Made by a program: the position numbers and the translations under genes. From positions 1-30,483 of IMG/VR virus record IMGVR_UViG_3300032218_001401: DNA of 30,483 bases; one strand, given 5' to 3'. This stretch comes from a virus. Taxonomy: Duplodnaviria > Caudoviricetes. Positions within the stretch are counted from its first letter, which is position 1. The number at the start of each line of letters is the position of its first letter. A model generated the notes under the pieces. It worked only from the letters and a program-made list of their open reading frames with translations. It searched no databases and had not been told where the DNA came from. Below, one piece after another: positions 1-7,989 of this stretch.

Positions 1-184
1 CACCCCGATCATTTGTGCCTGCGTTCATCACGTAGGACGCAAACGCCATACGATCCTCTTCCTTGATGCTGAACGTGCCATCAAACAGCGGATAGTTAGC
101 ACTGGGGTTATACCGATCACCCAGACGTTGCTGGAGCTTTTCTGGTGTGTTCTTGAACAATGCGCCGTTTGCTTTGAAACTCAT
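1..184 (-). CDS. Partial hypothetical protein, possibly a phage ssDNA-binding protein (runs off the window edge)
   Basis: Hand-translated; not in the ORF track. ATG at 184 overlaps the TGA of the upstream HTH gene (ATGA). Reads MSFKANGALFKNTPEKLQQRLGDRYNPSANYPLFDGTFSIKEEDR with no stop. The GALFKN...YP.F.G pattern resembles SSB-like proteins found beside phage recombinases (recollection). Confidence 0.6.
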   Translation of the reverse strand, partial: MSFKANGALFKNTPEKLQQRLGDRYNPSANYPLFDGTFSIKEEDRMAFASYVMNAGTNDRG

Positions 185-420
185 GGTCGTTGGGTAGGTG
201 GATGGTTGGGGATGCCGCGAAGATTGCGGGTTTCGTAAGCCTCGACCTCGGCAAGCGGGTACAAAACCCGCCCACCGATCTTCACAAATCGAGGTCCGCG
301 GTTCTGACTAGAGCGCCAGTTGTCGAGCGTGCTGAGCGTGACGATGTTCCGCCATCGCTCAGCCAACTCTTTAGGCGTAAGGTATTGTGCATCAGAAGAG
401 TTCGTCGCTTTCGTCCACAA
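181..420 (-). CDS. Excisionase/AlpA-like HTH DNA-binding protein
   Basis: YLTPKELAERW..TLSTLDNWRS...GPRFVKIGGRVLY is a typical HTH_17/Xis-like pattern. Start revised from 498 to the in-frame TTG at 420, which has AGGGAGG 6 nt upstream. Confidence 0.8.
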   Translation of the reverse strand: MWTKATNSSDAQYLTPKELAERWRNIVTLSTLDNWRSSQNRGPRFVKIGGRVLYPLAEVEAYETRNLRGIPNHPPTQRP

Positions 421-1075
421 AAGCTGCCTCCCTTGTTTCAGCAGTTTCTTTGATCTTTTCGTTGAGTTTCTCAAGCGTTGCCGCTGGAGGCTTTTCACTA
501 ACGGCGACTGGCTGGATGTCGATCACTTCCTCCTCTGCTTGGATGCCTACCAAAAGCTCAGGGACAAATAACCTGCCCCAAAAAGCCGCAGCACGATAAC
601 GGATCATCAAGTCCGGCATGGTGATCCATTTGCTGCCGGTCTTCGTCGCCCACCCTTCCTTCTTGGCCATTGCCAAGGTGACGGTCGGTCCCTTCAAATC
701 TTTGTTAGTGGCAATTTCGGTGGCAACGCAGTAGCAGGCCAAGCTTTCGCCTTGCCCGCTCACCTCGTAACGCAGTGGGCTAAAACGTCCGCAGCCGTTG
801 ATCATCGCAATGATGAACTGACTGCTCCAGCTCGGGCGCCCGTGGATGATATGCAAGTTCTGCATCACCTGGAACGGGCTCATCCGCATCCGGTTGGCGA
901 TCTCAAGCGCCACTAGGCAGTTGGCAAATCCGTTCTGCCCCTGGAACTGAGGCGGGATCAACGTGGAGCTGGCCAATGCTTTGGCAATGCGTTGCGCATC
1001 TTCAAAAGCCTGGATGCCGGAAAAGACCGAGCCGGAGCTGGTGGTTGTAAGTGCTGTGCTGTTGTTGTTACTCAT
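392..1075 (-). CDS. RecT/Redbeta-like ssDNA annealing protein
   Basis: AKALASSTLIP..F...ANCLVALEIANRMRMSPFQVMQNLHIIHGRPSW and W...PDLMIRYRAAAFWGR motifs; acidic C-tail (DESDELF). Start at the ATG 1075 overlaps the stop of the upstream ORF (ATGA). Co-operonic with an ExoVIII-like gene. Confidence 0.75.
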   Translation of the reverse strand: MSNNNSTALTTTSSGSVFSGIQAFEDAQRIAKALASSTLIPPQFQGQNGFANCLVALEIANRMRMSPFQVMQNLHIIHGRPSWSSQFIIAMINGCGRFSPLRYEVSGQGESLACYCVATEIATNKDLKGPTVTLAMAKKEGWATKTGSKWITMPDLMIRYRAAAFWGRLFVPELLVGIQAEEEVIDIQPVAVSEKPPAATLEKLNEKIKETAETREAAFVDESDELF

Positions 1076-1299
1076 TGGATGGTTTCCGGTGATGTAATCA
1101 ATTGACGGGTACTCCATTCAGTTAGCGCAGCCTGCGTAGCTTCAATGTTCCAAAGCATTCGTGGATTTTTGACGCCTAGGCCGCGATAGCAAAAATGTTT
1201 ACCAGGGCGAAGCACTCCATTAAGGCGAAGCTCGCGCAAAATTCGATAGTCAACGGTCAGTGCTTCTTGCACCTCCTTTGTTTTATAAGTGAAGTCCAT
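1072..1299 (-). CDS. Small HTH-like DNA-binding protein (MerR/Xis-like)
   Basis: 75 aa, coupled to both neighbours by overlapping start/stop. TKEVQEALTV.YRILRELR.NG.LRPGKHF...MLWN resembles small winged-HTH proteins I associate with Synechococcus/Prochlorococcus. Confidence 0.6.
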   Translation of the reverse strand: MDFTYKTKEVQEALTVDYRILRELRLNGVLRPGKHFCYRGLGVKNPRMLWNIEATQAALTEWSTRQLITSPETIQ

Positions 1300-2189
1300 C
1301 AGTACATCTCGATTTCAGGTGGTGCTCCTGCGGGCATTACGCCATCAGGGCGCGGCCGCATCCATGGCGGCAAACTGATCGGTTCAACCGCATCGCTGTA
1401 GCCAGGCCAGCGGTCCATTTCCTTGCAGGTGGCCAGCACCTCAAGGTCACGTTCAGCAGTGCGCCAGCCTTCGCGGATCATCTCCGCATCAGCCGCATAA
1501 ACCGCCACGGCAAATGGTGGCTTCTTTTCAACGGCAATGAACACGAACTGCTCAGGGCATTTCTTGGTCGCCTGTTCCATCCCGTGCAGATACCAGGCGG
1601 CCTGTACGTGATAACGGAAGTTGGCCACCGATGCCTGAAATCCTTTAGGGCTTGCATCCTCGGTGGTCTTCAAGTCGATCACCAAACTGCCATCGTTAGT
1701 CAGCCAATCAGGCCGGCACTTGCACTGAAGGCCGCTGCTGTCATCACGCCACATCCAAGTGGTTTCTGCCATGCCTGGTAAAGCGAGCAGCGCAGCAGCA
1801 GCCGGGTGGCCGTAGACCGCTTCGCCCATCCGCATCACCAAATCGGCATCTTCTGCATCCAAAATGGTTTTGTTAGACGCCTCTTTGTCAAAAGCATCCC
1901 AAAACTGAATGGATTCCAAAGTAGAAGCCGAGGGTTTGGCGGCGTTGCGTTGAAGTGAAGTCGGCTTTTTAGGGGCATCTTTAGGAGCAATCAGATATTG
2001 CTCATCCCATTTGTCCAGCTCCAACACATGAGTGTGGAGTGCTGAACCAAGTGCCATTGCAGCAGTCGGCTTGGTTTCAACCCGTTTGGGGTCCACGTAG
2101 CGCGCCCAGTAATGCAGCGGGCTGCGAGCCACCATGTCCAGGTGAGACTTCGAGACAGCCGGGTGCGCGTGGTATTCGGCATTGTCCAT
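1299..2189 (-). CDS. RecE/exodeoxyribonuclease VIII-like PD-(D/E)XK exonuclease (DUF3799-type)
   Basis: MDNAEYHAHPAVSKSHLD, GSALHTHVLE, KCRPDWL, VIDLKTT, YHVQAAWY and FVFIAVEKKPPF motifs. Start revised from 2258 to the ATG at 2189. Confidence 0.88.
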   Translation of the reverse strand: MDNAEYHAHPAVSKSHLDMVARSPLHYWARYVDPKRVETKPTAAMALGSALHTHVLELDKWDEQYLIAPKDAPKKPTSLQRNAAKPSASTLESIQFWDAFDKEASNKTILDAEDADLVMRMGEAVYGHPAAAALLALPGMAETTWMWRDDSSGLQCKCRPDWLTNDGSLVIDLKTTEDASPKGFQASVANFRYHVQAAWYLHGMEQATKKCPEQFVFIAVEKKPPFAVAVYAADAEMIREGWRTAERDLEVLATCKEMDRWPGYSDAVEPISLPPWMRPRPDGVMPAGAPPEIEMY

Positions 2190-2347
2190 AGGCAGTGGAT
2201 TTCTGGTTCCGCAGCACCTTACCGCAACCTCCCGCATCTTCGTTCCGCCTCGTCGCATCTCTTTAAGGTTCCCGCCAACTCATTGATTTTGCTATACAAT
2301 CGCCCGCGCTCTCCGTGTATGCCTGTGCTTCGGGGAGCCGTCAATAC
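2190..2347. promoter_or_regulatory. Divergent promoter region between the recombination (left) and replication (right) operons
   Basis: Non-coding gap between divergent starts at 2189 and 2348. -10-like TACAAT at 2295-2300 (+) and TAAGGT at 2222-2217 (-); no convincing -35 boxes. Confidence 0.5.
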
Positions 2348-3721
2348 ATGCTTCGTACTTATCAAGCCCAAGCGGTCGCGGACCTTCGCCAGGCTTACCG
2401 CCAAGGCGTTCGCGCACCATTGCTGGTCCTGCCGACCGGTGCAGGCAAAACCGTCGTCTTTGCTGAGATCACACGAAGCGCCGCCGAACGTGGCCGCCGC
2501 GTCTTAATCCTCGTGCATCGCCGCGAGCTGGTGCGCCAAGCATCGAGCAAGCTCACAGCCGCCGCCGTCGAGCACGGCATCATCGCCGCCGGCAATCGCA
2601 GCACGCTTTCCAACGTCCAGGTCGCCAGCGTGCAAACACTTGTACGGCATTTGGCCGTACAAACCTGGCAGCCTGATCTCATCATCATTGACGAAGCGCA
2701 CCACGCCTGCGCTGGTTCATGGGAGCGCGTTCTCAACCACTGGCCTGAAGCTTTCCGGCTTGGTGTGACCGCCACACCAACACGCCTCGATGGCCGCGGC
2801 CTTGGTGGCACCTTTGACCACCTTGTCATCGGTCCATCCGTTGCCGAGCTGGTGGCCGATGGCTATCTCACGCCCGCGCGCATTTTTGCGCCACCAGTCC
2901 AGGCCGATCTCTCGGGCTTGCGCACACGCGCTGGTGACTACAAACCCGAGCAAGCAGCCGAACGCCTCGACAAGCCCAGCATCACGGGCGATGCCATCAG
3001 CCACTATCAAAAGCTCGGTGGTGGCTTGCCAGCCATTTGTTTCACGTGCACCACCGCACACGCTGAGCACGTCGCTGCCAATTTCAACGCCGCAGGCATA
3101 CCCGCCGCCACATTGCTCGGCACCACAGCGCCCGACATCCGCGATCAACTTGTCGCCGGCCTTGCTTCCGGCACCATCAAGGTGCTGGTCACTGTGGACG
3201 TTGTATCCGAAGGCTTCGATTGCCCTGGTGCTGGTGTTGCAATCCTTCTTCGCCCGACACAATCACAAGCGCTCTATCTCCAGCAAGTTGGTCGCGTGCT
3301 TCGTCCTGCGCCAGGGAAGGCGGCCGCCATCATCTTGGATCATGTCGGCAATGTTTCCAGGCACGGATTCCCCGACGATCCACGCGACCATTCACTATCC
3401 GATAAGCCGCGGCGGGGGCGTTCCGACGCCTCACACCCTGCTGTGCGTCAGTGCTCGGTTTGTTATGCAGCTTTCAAACCGGCACCGATCTGCCCCTGCT
3501 GCGGCGCTGAATCTCAACCCAGTCCACGCGAGATCGAACAACGCGATGGCCAGTTGCGTGAACTACAACGCCAGCAAGCGCGCGCGGATTATCTACGTGC
3601 ACGTCGTGAGCAATCCCAAGCCCGCTCACTGGATCAGTTGCTGGCCGTAGCTAAACAGCGGGGCTACGCTCCCGGCTGGGCGTATCGCATTCACAGCGCC
3701 CGCGGGGCGCGTCATGGCTAA
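2348..3721 (+). CDS. SF2 DEAD/DEAH-box helicase with C-terminal Zn finger
   Basis: LRTYQ Q-motif, Walker A LPTGAGKT, IIIDEAHH, GVTATP, SEGFDCP, QQVGRVLR, and CSVC...CPCC. Start revised to the ATG at 2348. Confidence 0.93.
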   Translation: MLRTYQAQAVADLRQAYRQGVRAPLLVLPTGAGKTVVFAEITRSAAERGRRVLILVHRRELVRQASSKLTAAAVEHGIIAAGNRSTLSNVQVASVQTLVRHLAVQTWQPDLIIIDEAHHACAGSWERVLNHWPEAFRLGVTATPTRLDGRGLGGTFDHLVIGPSVAELVADGYLTPARIFAPPVQADLSGLRTRAGDYKPEQAAERLDKPSITGDAISHYQKLGGGLPAICFTCTTAHAEHVAANFNAAGIPAATLLGTTAPDIRDQLVAGLASGTIKVLVTVDVVSEGFDCPGAGVAILLRPTQSQALYLQQVGRVLRPAPGKAAAIILDHVGNVSRHGFPDDPRDHSLSDKPRRGRSDASHPAVRQCSVCYAAFKPAPICPCCGAESQPSPREIEQRDGQLRELQRQQARADYLRARREQSQARSLDQLLAVAKQRGYAPGWAYRIHSARGARHG

Positions 3722-4103
3722 TGCTGAAACAGATCTTCAGCAACGAATCCGCCTAGCGCTTGGTATGCATCCGCATTTGCGAGTTTTTCGCAATAACAGC
3801 GGCAAGCTTCCCGACCCGCGCACCGGTCGCTATGTGCAATTCGGTGTCGCCTCACCCGGTGGTTCCGATCTGATCGGCTGGCGCACCATCACGGTTGAAC
3901 CCGAGCACGTCGGCCAGCAGCTCGCCGTCTTCACCGCGATCGAAATTAAAACCGCCACAGGCCGCATCACGCCTGCTCAGCACAACTTCCTTGAAGCCGT
4001 CCGCAAGGCCGGTGGCATAGCTGGCATCGCTCGCTCTGTTGCCGATGCGTTACGAATTACAACATCAGAGCCACCAGCCTGCGGCGGATCCGCCACTGTC
4101 TGA
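3714..4103 (+). CDS. VRR-NUC-like PD-(D/E)XK nuclease
   Basis: ETDLQQRIR...FRNNSG...GGSDLIG...AIEIKTATGRITPAQHNFLEAV..AGG.AGIARS pattern. Confidence 0.85.
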   Translation: MANAETDLQQRIRLALGMHPHLRVFRNNSGKLPDPRTGRYVQFGVASPGGSDLIGWRTITVEPEHVGQQLAVFTAIEIKTATGRITPAQHNFLEAVRKAGGIAGIARSVADALRITTSEPPACGGSATV

Positions 4104-4131
4104 CCGCACCACGGAGCAGAAACGCAGCGCC

Positions 4132-4329
4132 ATGCCGCAGCACGATCCCCTCATCGCTTTTTATCGCCGCTGCCTTGGACCAGCCAAACGGCCAAGCATC
4201 GAATCAGCTCGCCATTTTGCTGAGCACATTTCCGCCTACACCGATTTCCACGTCCGCTACCGCGGCATGACCACACCCGAAGCCGCCGCGATCATCGCTG
4301 AAGCGCAGCAGATCCTGGAGAACTGCTGA
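4132..4329 (+). CDS. Hypothetical protein (65 aa)
   Basis: ATG at 4132, codon usage like its neighbours, stop overlaps the primase ATG (TGATG). Confidence 0.55.
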   Translation: MPQHDPLIAFYRRCLGPAKRPSIESARHFAEHISAYTDFHVRYRGMTTPEAAAIIAEAQQILENC

Positions 4330-6374
4330 TGCGTTCACTCATTGCGCAGCTCGCTGAGCTGCCCGACCACTGGGGCTTTGTTGCGGTCGGAAACGACAAG
4401 CGCCCCTACCAGCCCGAGTGGCAAAAGAACCCACTCACCAAGGATCAGCTCACCACTGAAATCACCGCCGGTCGTGCGGTCGCGGTCGGTGTCCTAGCCG
4501 GTCCATCATCCGGCGGCCTGCTTTTCGTGGATCACGATGGCCTCGGTGCATCCGAGGTGCTCGAATCCATCGGCATCCGCCGCTCTGAACTTCCCAAGTC
4601 CTGGGCAGTTACCTCCGGCCGTGATGGTCGCCTTCAGATCATCTATCAAGTCCCCCGCCCCTTCTGGGACCAAATCAAAACCACCAAGCTCAAATCTTCC
4701 ACACCGGGCGAGCAGCTCGAATTGCGCTGGACCGGCTGCCAATCGGTCGTGCTTGGCGCGCATCCCATCACTGGTTCATACAAGTGGCTCCGTGGGCGGT
4801 CTCCTTCAGATCTACCTATGGCCGAGGCGCCATCGCTGATCTTGCAGCAGATGCACCGCAAGCCCGAGCCAGCACCGCTGCTGCGCATCCCTGATCCAGC
4901 ATCTGATGCCCAGCGCGCACGCGATTACCTCGCTCGCATCCCGGCATCCGCAGCCGATGACTACGACGAATGGCTCAAGGTCGGCATGGCGCTCCACAGC
5001 GTCGGGGACGATGCCCTCCTGACCGATTGGATTGATTGGTCCGCGTGCTCAGGCAAATTCGAGCCTGGCATGTGTGAAGCCAAGTGGTCCACGTTCACCG
5101 GCAACGGCGTTGGCCTTGGCACCCTGTTTCACCTATCCGGTGGTGCATCGGCAATAAAAAACCCTGATCGCGCCAACGACCAGGGCTCACCTGAAGCAAT
5201 CCAGAGCAAAACTAGCACCGCCGCCACTTCAGGCAAGCTCCTGAAGCTTGAATCCAATGAACTCCTGGCGCTTATGCGCCAGCAACTAGGCAACCGCCTT
5301 CGCTGGAACGTCTTCCTTCAGGCCATCGAGCTTGACCAAAAACCCCTCGACAAAATCGAGCTGTACTACCTCCAGTTCGCCCAGATGGGCGTCAAGGTAT
5401 CCAAGGAACTCACCGCCGACGCTCTATTTACCGTCGCCCTTGAGAACCCATACGATCCCGTCCGCGAATACCTGGACCACGTAGCGGAAAACGTTCCACC
5501 TGTTCCTATTGATTGCCTCGCATCCGCCTACCTACGGCCACGTGATAACGGCCACACCCTCTACGACGCCATGATCAAGGCGACGCTGGTCGCTGCTGTT
5601 CGTCGCGTTTACGAACCCGGCACCAAGCACGACACCGCTTGCGTGCTCATGGGTCCACAAGGCTGCGGGAAATCCACTTTCTGGCGCAACCTCGGTGGCC
5701 TCTGGTTCTCCGATGCCCTGCGTGATGTATCTAGCAAGGACGATCTCCTGGTCCTGCATCGCTCCTGGATCATGGAGTGGGCAGAACTCGATCACATCAC
5801 CGGCCGCCGTCATGCCGGCAACGTCAAAGCCTTCCTCTCGCAGCAGACCGACACCTTCCGCGTGCCCTACGGCCGCACCACCGAAGCCTTCCCACGGCGC
5901 TGCATCATCGTCGGCTCCACCAACAAAGACACCGGCTTCCTGGTCGATGACACCGGCAACCGTCGGTTCTGGGTCATCCCCGTAGACACCAACGGCCAGA
6001 TGATCCAGGTCGATGGCCTCCTGCTTGAACGTGACGCCATCTGGTCCGCAGCCGTCGCCGCCTACCGCGCTCATGAACCCAACCACCTCAGCCAGGAATT
6101 AGCCGCGGCCGTGGACCGCGAAAACGAGTCCTACCTCGTCGAATCCCCATGGCTTGGACCTATCCGCACCTGGCTGGCAGAACCTCGCAACCACGGTCGC
6201 ACCATCACCACAGACGTGCTCCTCAGCGAGGCCATCAGCAAACCCGTCGAGCGTCAAACCCGCTCGGACCAAATGCAGGTGGGCAGCATCCTGCGTGATC
6301 TGGGATACCAGCGCTCCAAGAAATGGGTGGCCGGCGTGGCCAAATGGGTCTTCCTTCCCACCTCAGCCGAGTAG
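4329..6374 (+). CDS. Primase-helicase: Prim-Pol domain + PriCT-2 + VirE/VapE-type P-loop helicase
   Basis: N-terminal KRPY..W, LLFVDHDG and QSVVLGAHP (Prim-Pol); DYDEWLKVGMALH..W..WS (PriCT-2); Walker A GPQGCGKST, WIMEWAEL, FRVPYGR, GSTN, DDTGNRRFW (VirE). Confidence 0.92.
   Translation: MRSLIAQLAELPDHWGFVAVGNDKRPYQPEWQKNPLTKDQLTTEITAGRAVAVGVLAGPSSGGLLFVDHDGLGASEVLESIGIRRSELPKSWAVTSGRDGRLQIIYQVPRPFWDQIKTTKLKSSTPGEQLELRWTGCQSVVLGAHPITGSYKWLRGRSPSDLPMAEAPSLILQQMHRKPEPAPLLRIPDPASDAQRARDYLARIPASAADDYDEWLKVGMALHSVGDDALLTDWIDWSACSGKFEPGMCEAKWSTFTGNGVGLGTLFHLSGGASAIKNPDRANDQGSPEAIQSKTSTAATSGKLLKLESNELLALMRQQLGNRLRWNVFLQAIELDQKPLDKIELYYLQFAQMGVKVSKELTADALFTVALENPYDPVREYLDHVAENVPPVPIDCLASAYLRPRDNGHTLYDAMIKATLVAAVRRVYEPGTKHDTACVLMGPQGCGKSTFWRNLGGLWFSDALRDVSSKDDLLVLHRSWIMEWAELDHITGRRHAGNVKAFLSQQTDTFRVPYGRTTEAFPRRCIIVGSTNKDTGFLVDDTGNRRFWVIPVDTNGQMIQVDGLLLERDAIWSAAVAAYRAHEPNHLSQELAAAVDRENESYLVESPWLGPIRTWLAEPRNHGRTITTDVLLSEAISKPVERQTRSDQMQVGSILRDLGYQRSKKWVAGVAKWVFLPTSAE
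5153..5185 (-). terminator. Intrinsic terminator on the antisense strand inside the primase gene
   Basis: Minus strand reads CCCTGGTCG-TTGGCG-CGATCAGGG-TTTTTTATT: a 9-bp stem with one G-U pair, a 6-nt loop and a U-tract. Confidence 0.65.
5209..5236 (-). promoter_or_regulatory. Antisense sigma70-type promoter inside the primase gene
   Basis: Minus strand: TTGCCT (5236-5231), 16-nt spacer containing an extended TG, TAGTTT (5214-5209). It points at the terminator about 25 nt downstream. Confidence 0.5.
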
Positions 6375-6523
6375 GTAGGAAGGCGAAAAACCCAATGCCT
6401 GCCTGCCGTCTTCCCTTATTACCTACCTTCCTACCTTATATATAAATCCTTTTATAAAAGGGGAGATAGGGAGAAAAGGGGTAAGTGTTAGGGGCGCTGT
6501 AGGTAGGTAGGAGGTAGGAAGGT
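6353..6523. repeat. Putative replication origin: AGGTAGGAAGG iterons in alternating orientation around an AT-rich palindrome
   Basis: Copies at 6353-6363 (-, 1 mismatch), 6373-6383 (+), 6426-6436 (-) and 6512-6522 (+). (GTAG)3 at 6499-6510. Perfect palindrome CCTTTTATAAAAGG at 6448-6461. Lies directly after the primase-helicase. Confidence 0.7.
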
Positions 6524-6578
6524 CCGATCTCACCCCTTTTCGATTTCCTCGACACCGCTCCCGCCTTACCCTTGGCGC

Positions 6579-7271
6579 ATGGCTTCCATCACCCTCGACA
6601 TCAAGTCAGAGCTGCCCGCTGCCCTGCTGTGGAGCACCACGCTGGCCAAGCAGCTTCCCTTCGCCACCTCGGTCGCTCTGAACCAGACCGCGTTTGATGT
6701 CCGCCAAACACTCAACACCGGCACCACCCGCTTCTTCGATCGCCCCAACCGCTTCACGCAGACCGCCTTTCTCGTCAACAAAAGCACCAAGCAGGATCTT
6801 CAGGTCACCATCTACGCCAACGCAGACAAGGGCTATGACCGTGCTCGCTATTTGCAATATGGAATTGAAGGAGGCATTCGTAGGCAGAAAGGATTTGAAA
6901 GGAAATTCCTCGCGCAGGTAGCCGCGACCGCTCGCATTCCCTCTGGTGCTGAGCTCATACCCACGCGCCTGGTCAAGCTCGACGCCTCGGGCAACGTCAG
7001 CCTTGCCACCATCAAGCGCATCCAAGCTGGCCTTCAAGGCAACGCTCGTGGTGGCTTCTTCATCGGGCAACCACGCAACAACCCCAACCTGCCGCCTGGT
7101 ATCTACCGTCGCTCGCGCTCGCAGCTCTTCCCCTACTTCTTTGCAACCGACAAGCGTTCGGCCTATCGCCCCCGCTTCCCCATCGCGCAGCTCGGCACAG
7201 ACAAGGCGCAAGCCGTCTTCGCTGGCTACCTACGCAGCAGCCTGGAGAAAGCCCTTGCCACCGCCCGCTGA
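6579..7271 (+). CDS. Basic phage protein, lambda gpZ / tail-completion-like
   Basis: KQLPFATSVALNQTAFDVR...FDRPNRFT pattern, R/K-rich. Recalled as a family often found just upstream of lambda-type terminases. No SD; TACCCT lies 6 nt before the ATG (possibly leaderless). Confidence 0.55.
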   Translation: MASITLDIKSELPAALLWSTTLAKQLPFATSVALNQTAFDVRQTLNTGTTRFFDRPNRFTQTAFLVNKSTKQDLQVTIYANADKGYDRARYLQYGIEGGIRRQKGFERKFLAQVAATARIPSGAELIPTRLVKLDASGNVSLATIKRIQAGLQGNARGGFFIGQPRNNPNLPPGIYRRSRSQLFPYFFATDKRSAYRPRFPIAQLGTDKAQAVFAGYLRSSLEKALATAR

Positions 7272-7274
7272 GTC

Positions 7275-7459
7275 GCGCGGGTCCCTCTTGGCCAAATCAA
7301 ACGTGGGTTTTTCGCGCGCGCGCTTTTTTTCTAGCGTCAGCGCCAAAAGGTCTCAAACGGGACGCGGAATGAGAAAAACGGCCATAGCATCCCCACCTGT
7401 TTGATAGTTCAATAGTTCAATATGATTTGTTTGAACTTTAGGGCTGCGCAAAATTTTGC
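7275..7459 (+). promoter_or_regulatory. Candidate cos/packaging-initiation region
   Basis: Immediately upstream of terS. GGGTCCC at 7279-7285 (lambda cosQ is GGGTCCT); CGTGGGTTTTTCGC at 7302-7315 (lambda has CGCGGGTTTTCGC just right of the cohesive end); short direct and inverted repeats at 7404-7437. Confidence 0.5.
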
Positions 7460-7989
7460 TGGTCACGTTTAGCGAGTTCGCTGCGCTCAAAGGTTGCGCA
7501 AAGGGAACCGTGACTGCGGCCACCAAGTCGCGGATCAAAGCTGCTGTGGTGGAAAAGGATGGCAAGCGATGGCTTGACCGCGACCTAGCGTTGGAGCTGT
7601 GGAGCAAGAACACCAAACGGACGCATAACGCGAAGGTGAGCGAGCCTGATCCGGTTGAGCCGCGACCCAGGACGCCGCAGGCGTTACGTGCGGCGATCAA
7701 TGCGTTGCCGGATGATGCAATTCCAGAGCTGAATGAAAGCCGGGCACGGCGTGAGCATTACCAGGCGGAGCTGGCCAAGCTGCAAGTGGCGACGCAGCGC
7801 AAGGAACTGGTGCCTGCTGATGAAGTGAAGAAAGAAGCGTTCAACCTTGGGCGCAGTGTGCGCGAGGCGCTGGCCAATTTGGCTGATAGGTTGAGCCACC
7901 AGCTAGCGGGTGAGACCGATCCGCAGGTGATCCACAAATTGCTGAGCGATGAGCACCGCAATGCTTTGGTGCAGTTGAGCGATGGCTGA
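7456..7989 (+). CDS. terS: Terminase small subunit (Nu1-like)
   Basis: N-terminal HTH (TFSEFAALKGCAKGTVT), coiled coil ESRARREHYQAELAKL...LVPADEV. TTG start; overlaps terL. Confidence 0.85.
   Translation: MLVTFSEFAALKGCAKGTVTAATKSRIKAAVVEKDGKRWLDRDLALELWSKNTKRTHNAKVSEPDPVEPRPRTPQALRAAINALPDDAIPELNESRARREHYQAELAKLQVATQRKELVPADEVKKEAFNLGRSVREALANLADRLSHQLAGETDPQVIHKLLSDEHRNALVQLSDG

Noticed and set aside
421-498. Track N-terminal extensions (181..498, also 2190-2258, 2315-2347, 4039-4131, 15313-15366, 21693-21743)
   Set aside because: They overlap neighbouring genes or intergenic control regions; downstream starts fit coupling, SD and domain boundaries better.
2790-3650. 286-aa alternative-frame ORF within the helicase (and similar overlapping ORFs such as 8447-9175, 20321-21034, 17409-18050)
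   Set aside because: Fully overlap well-supported genes, low-complexity composition, expected at this GC content.
4083-4094. 12-bp palindrome GGCGGATCCGCC near the end of the VRR-NUC gene
   Set aside because: Single GC-rich occurrence, no U-tract, no second copy noticed; could be chance.
6353-6523. Repeats considered as a mini-CRISPR array
   Set aside because: Only 11 bp, alternating orientation, irregular spacing, no cas genes; an origin fits better.
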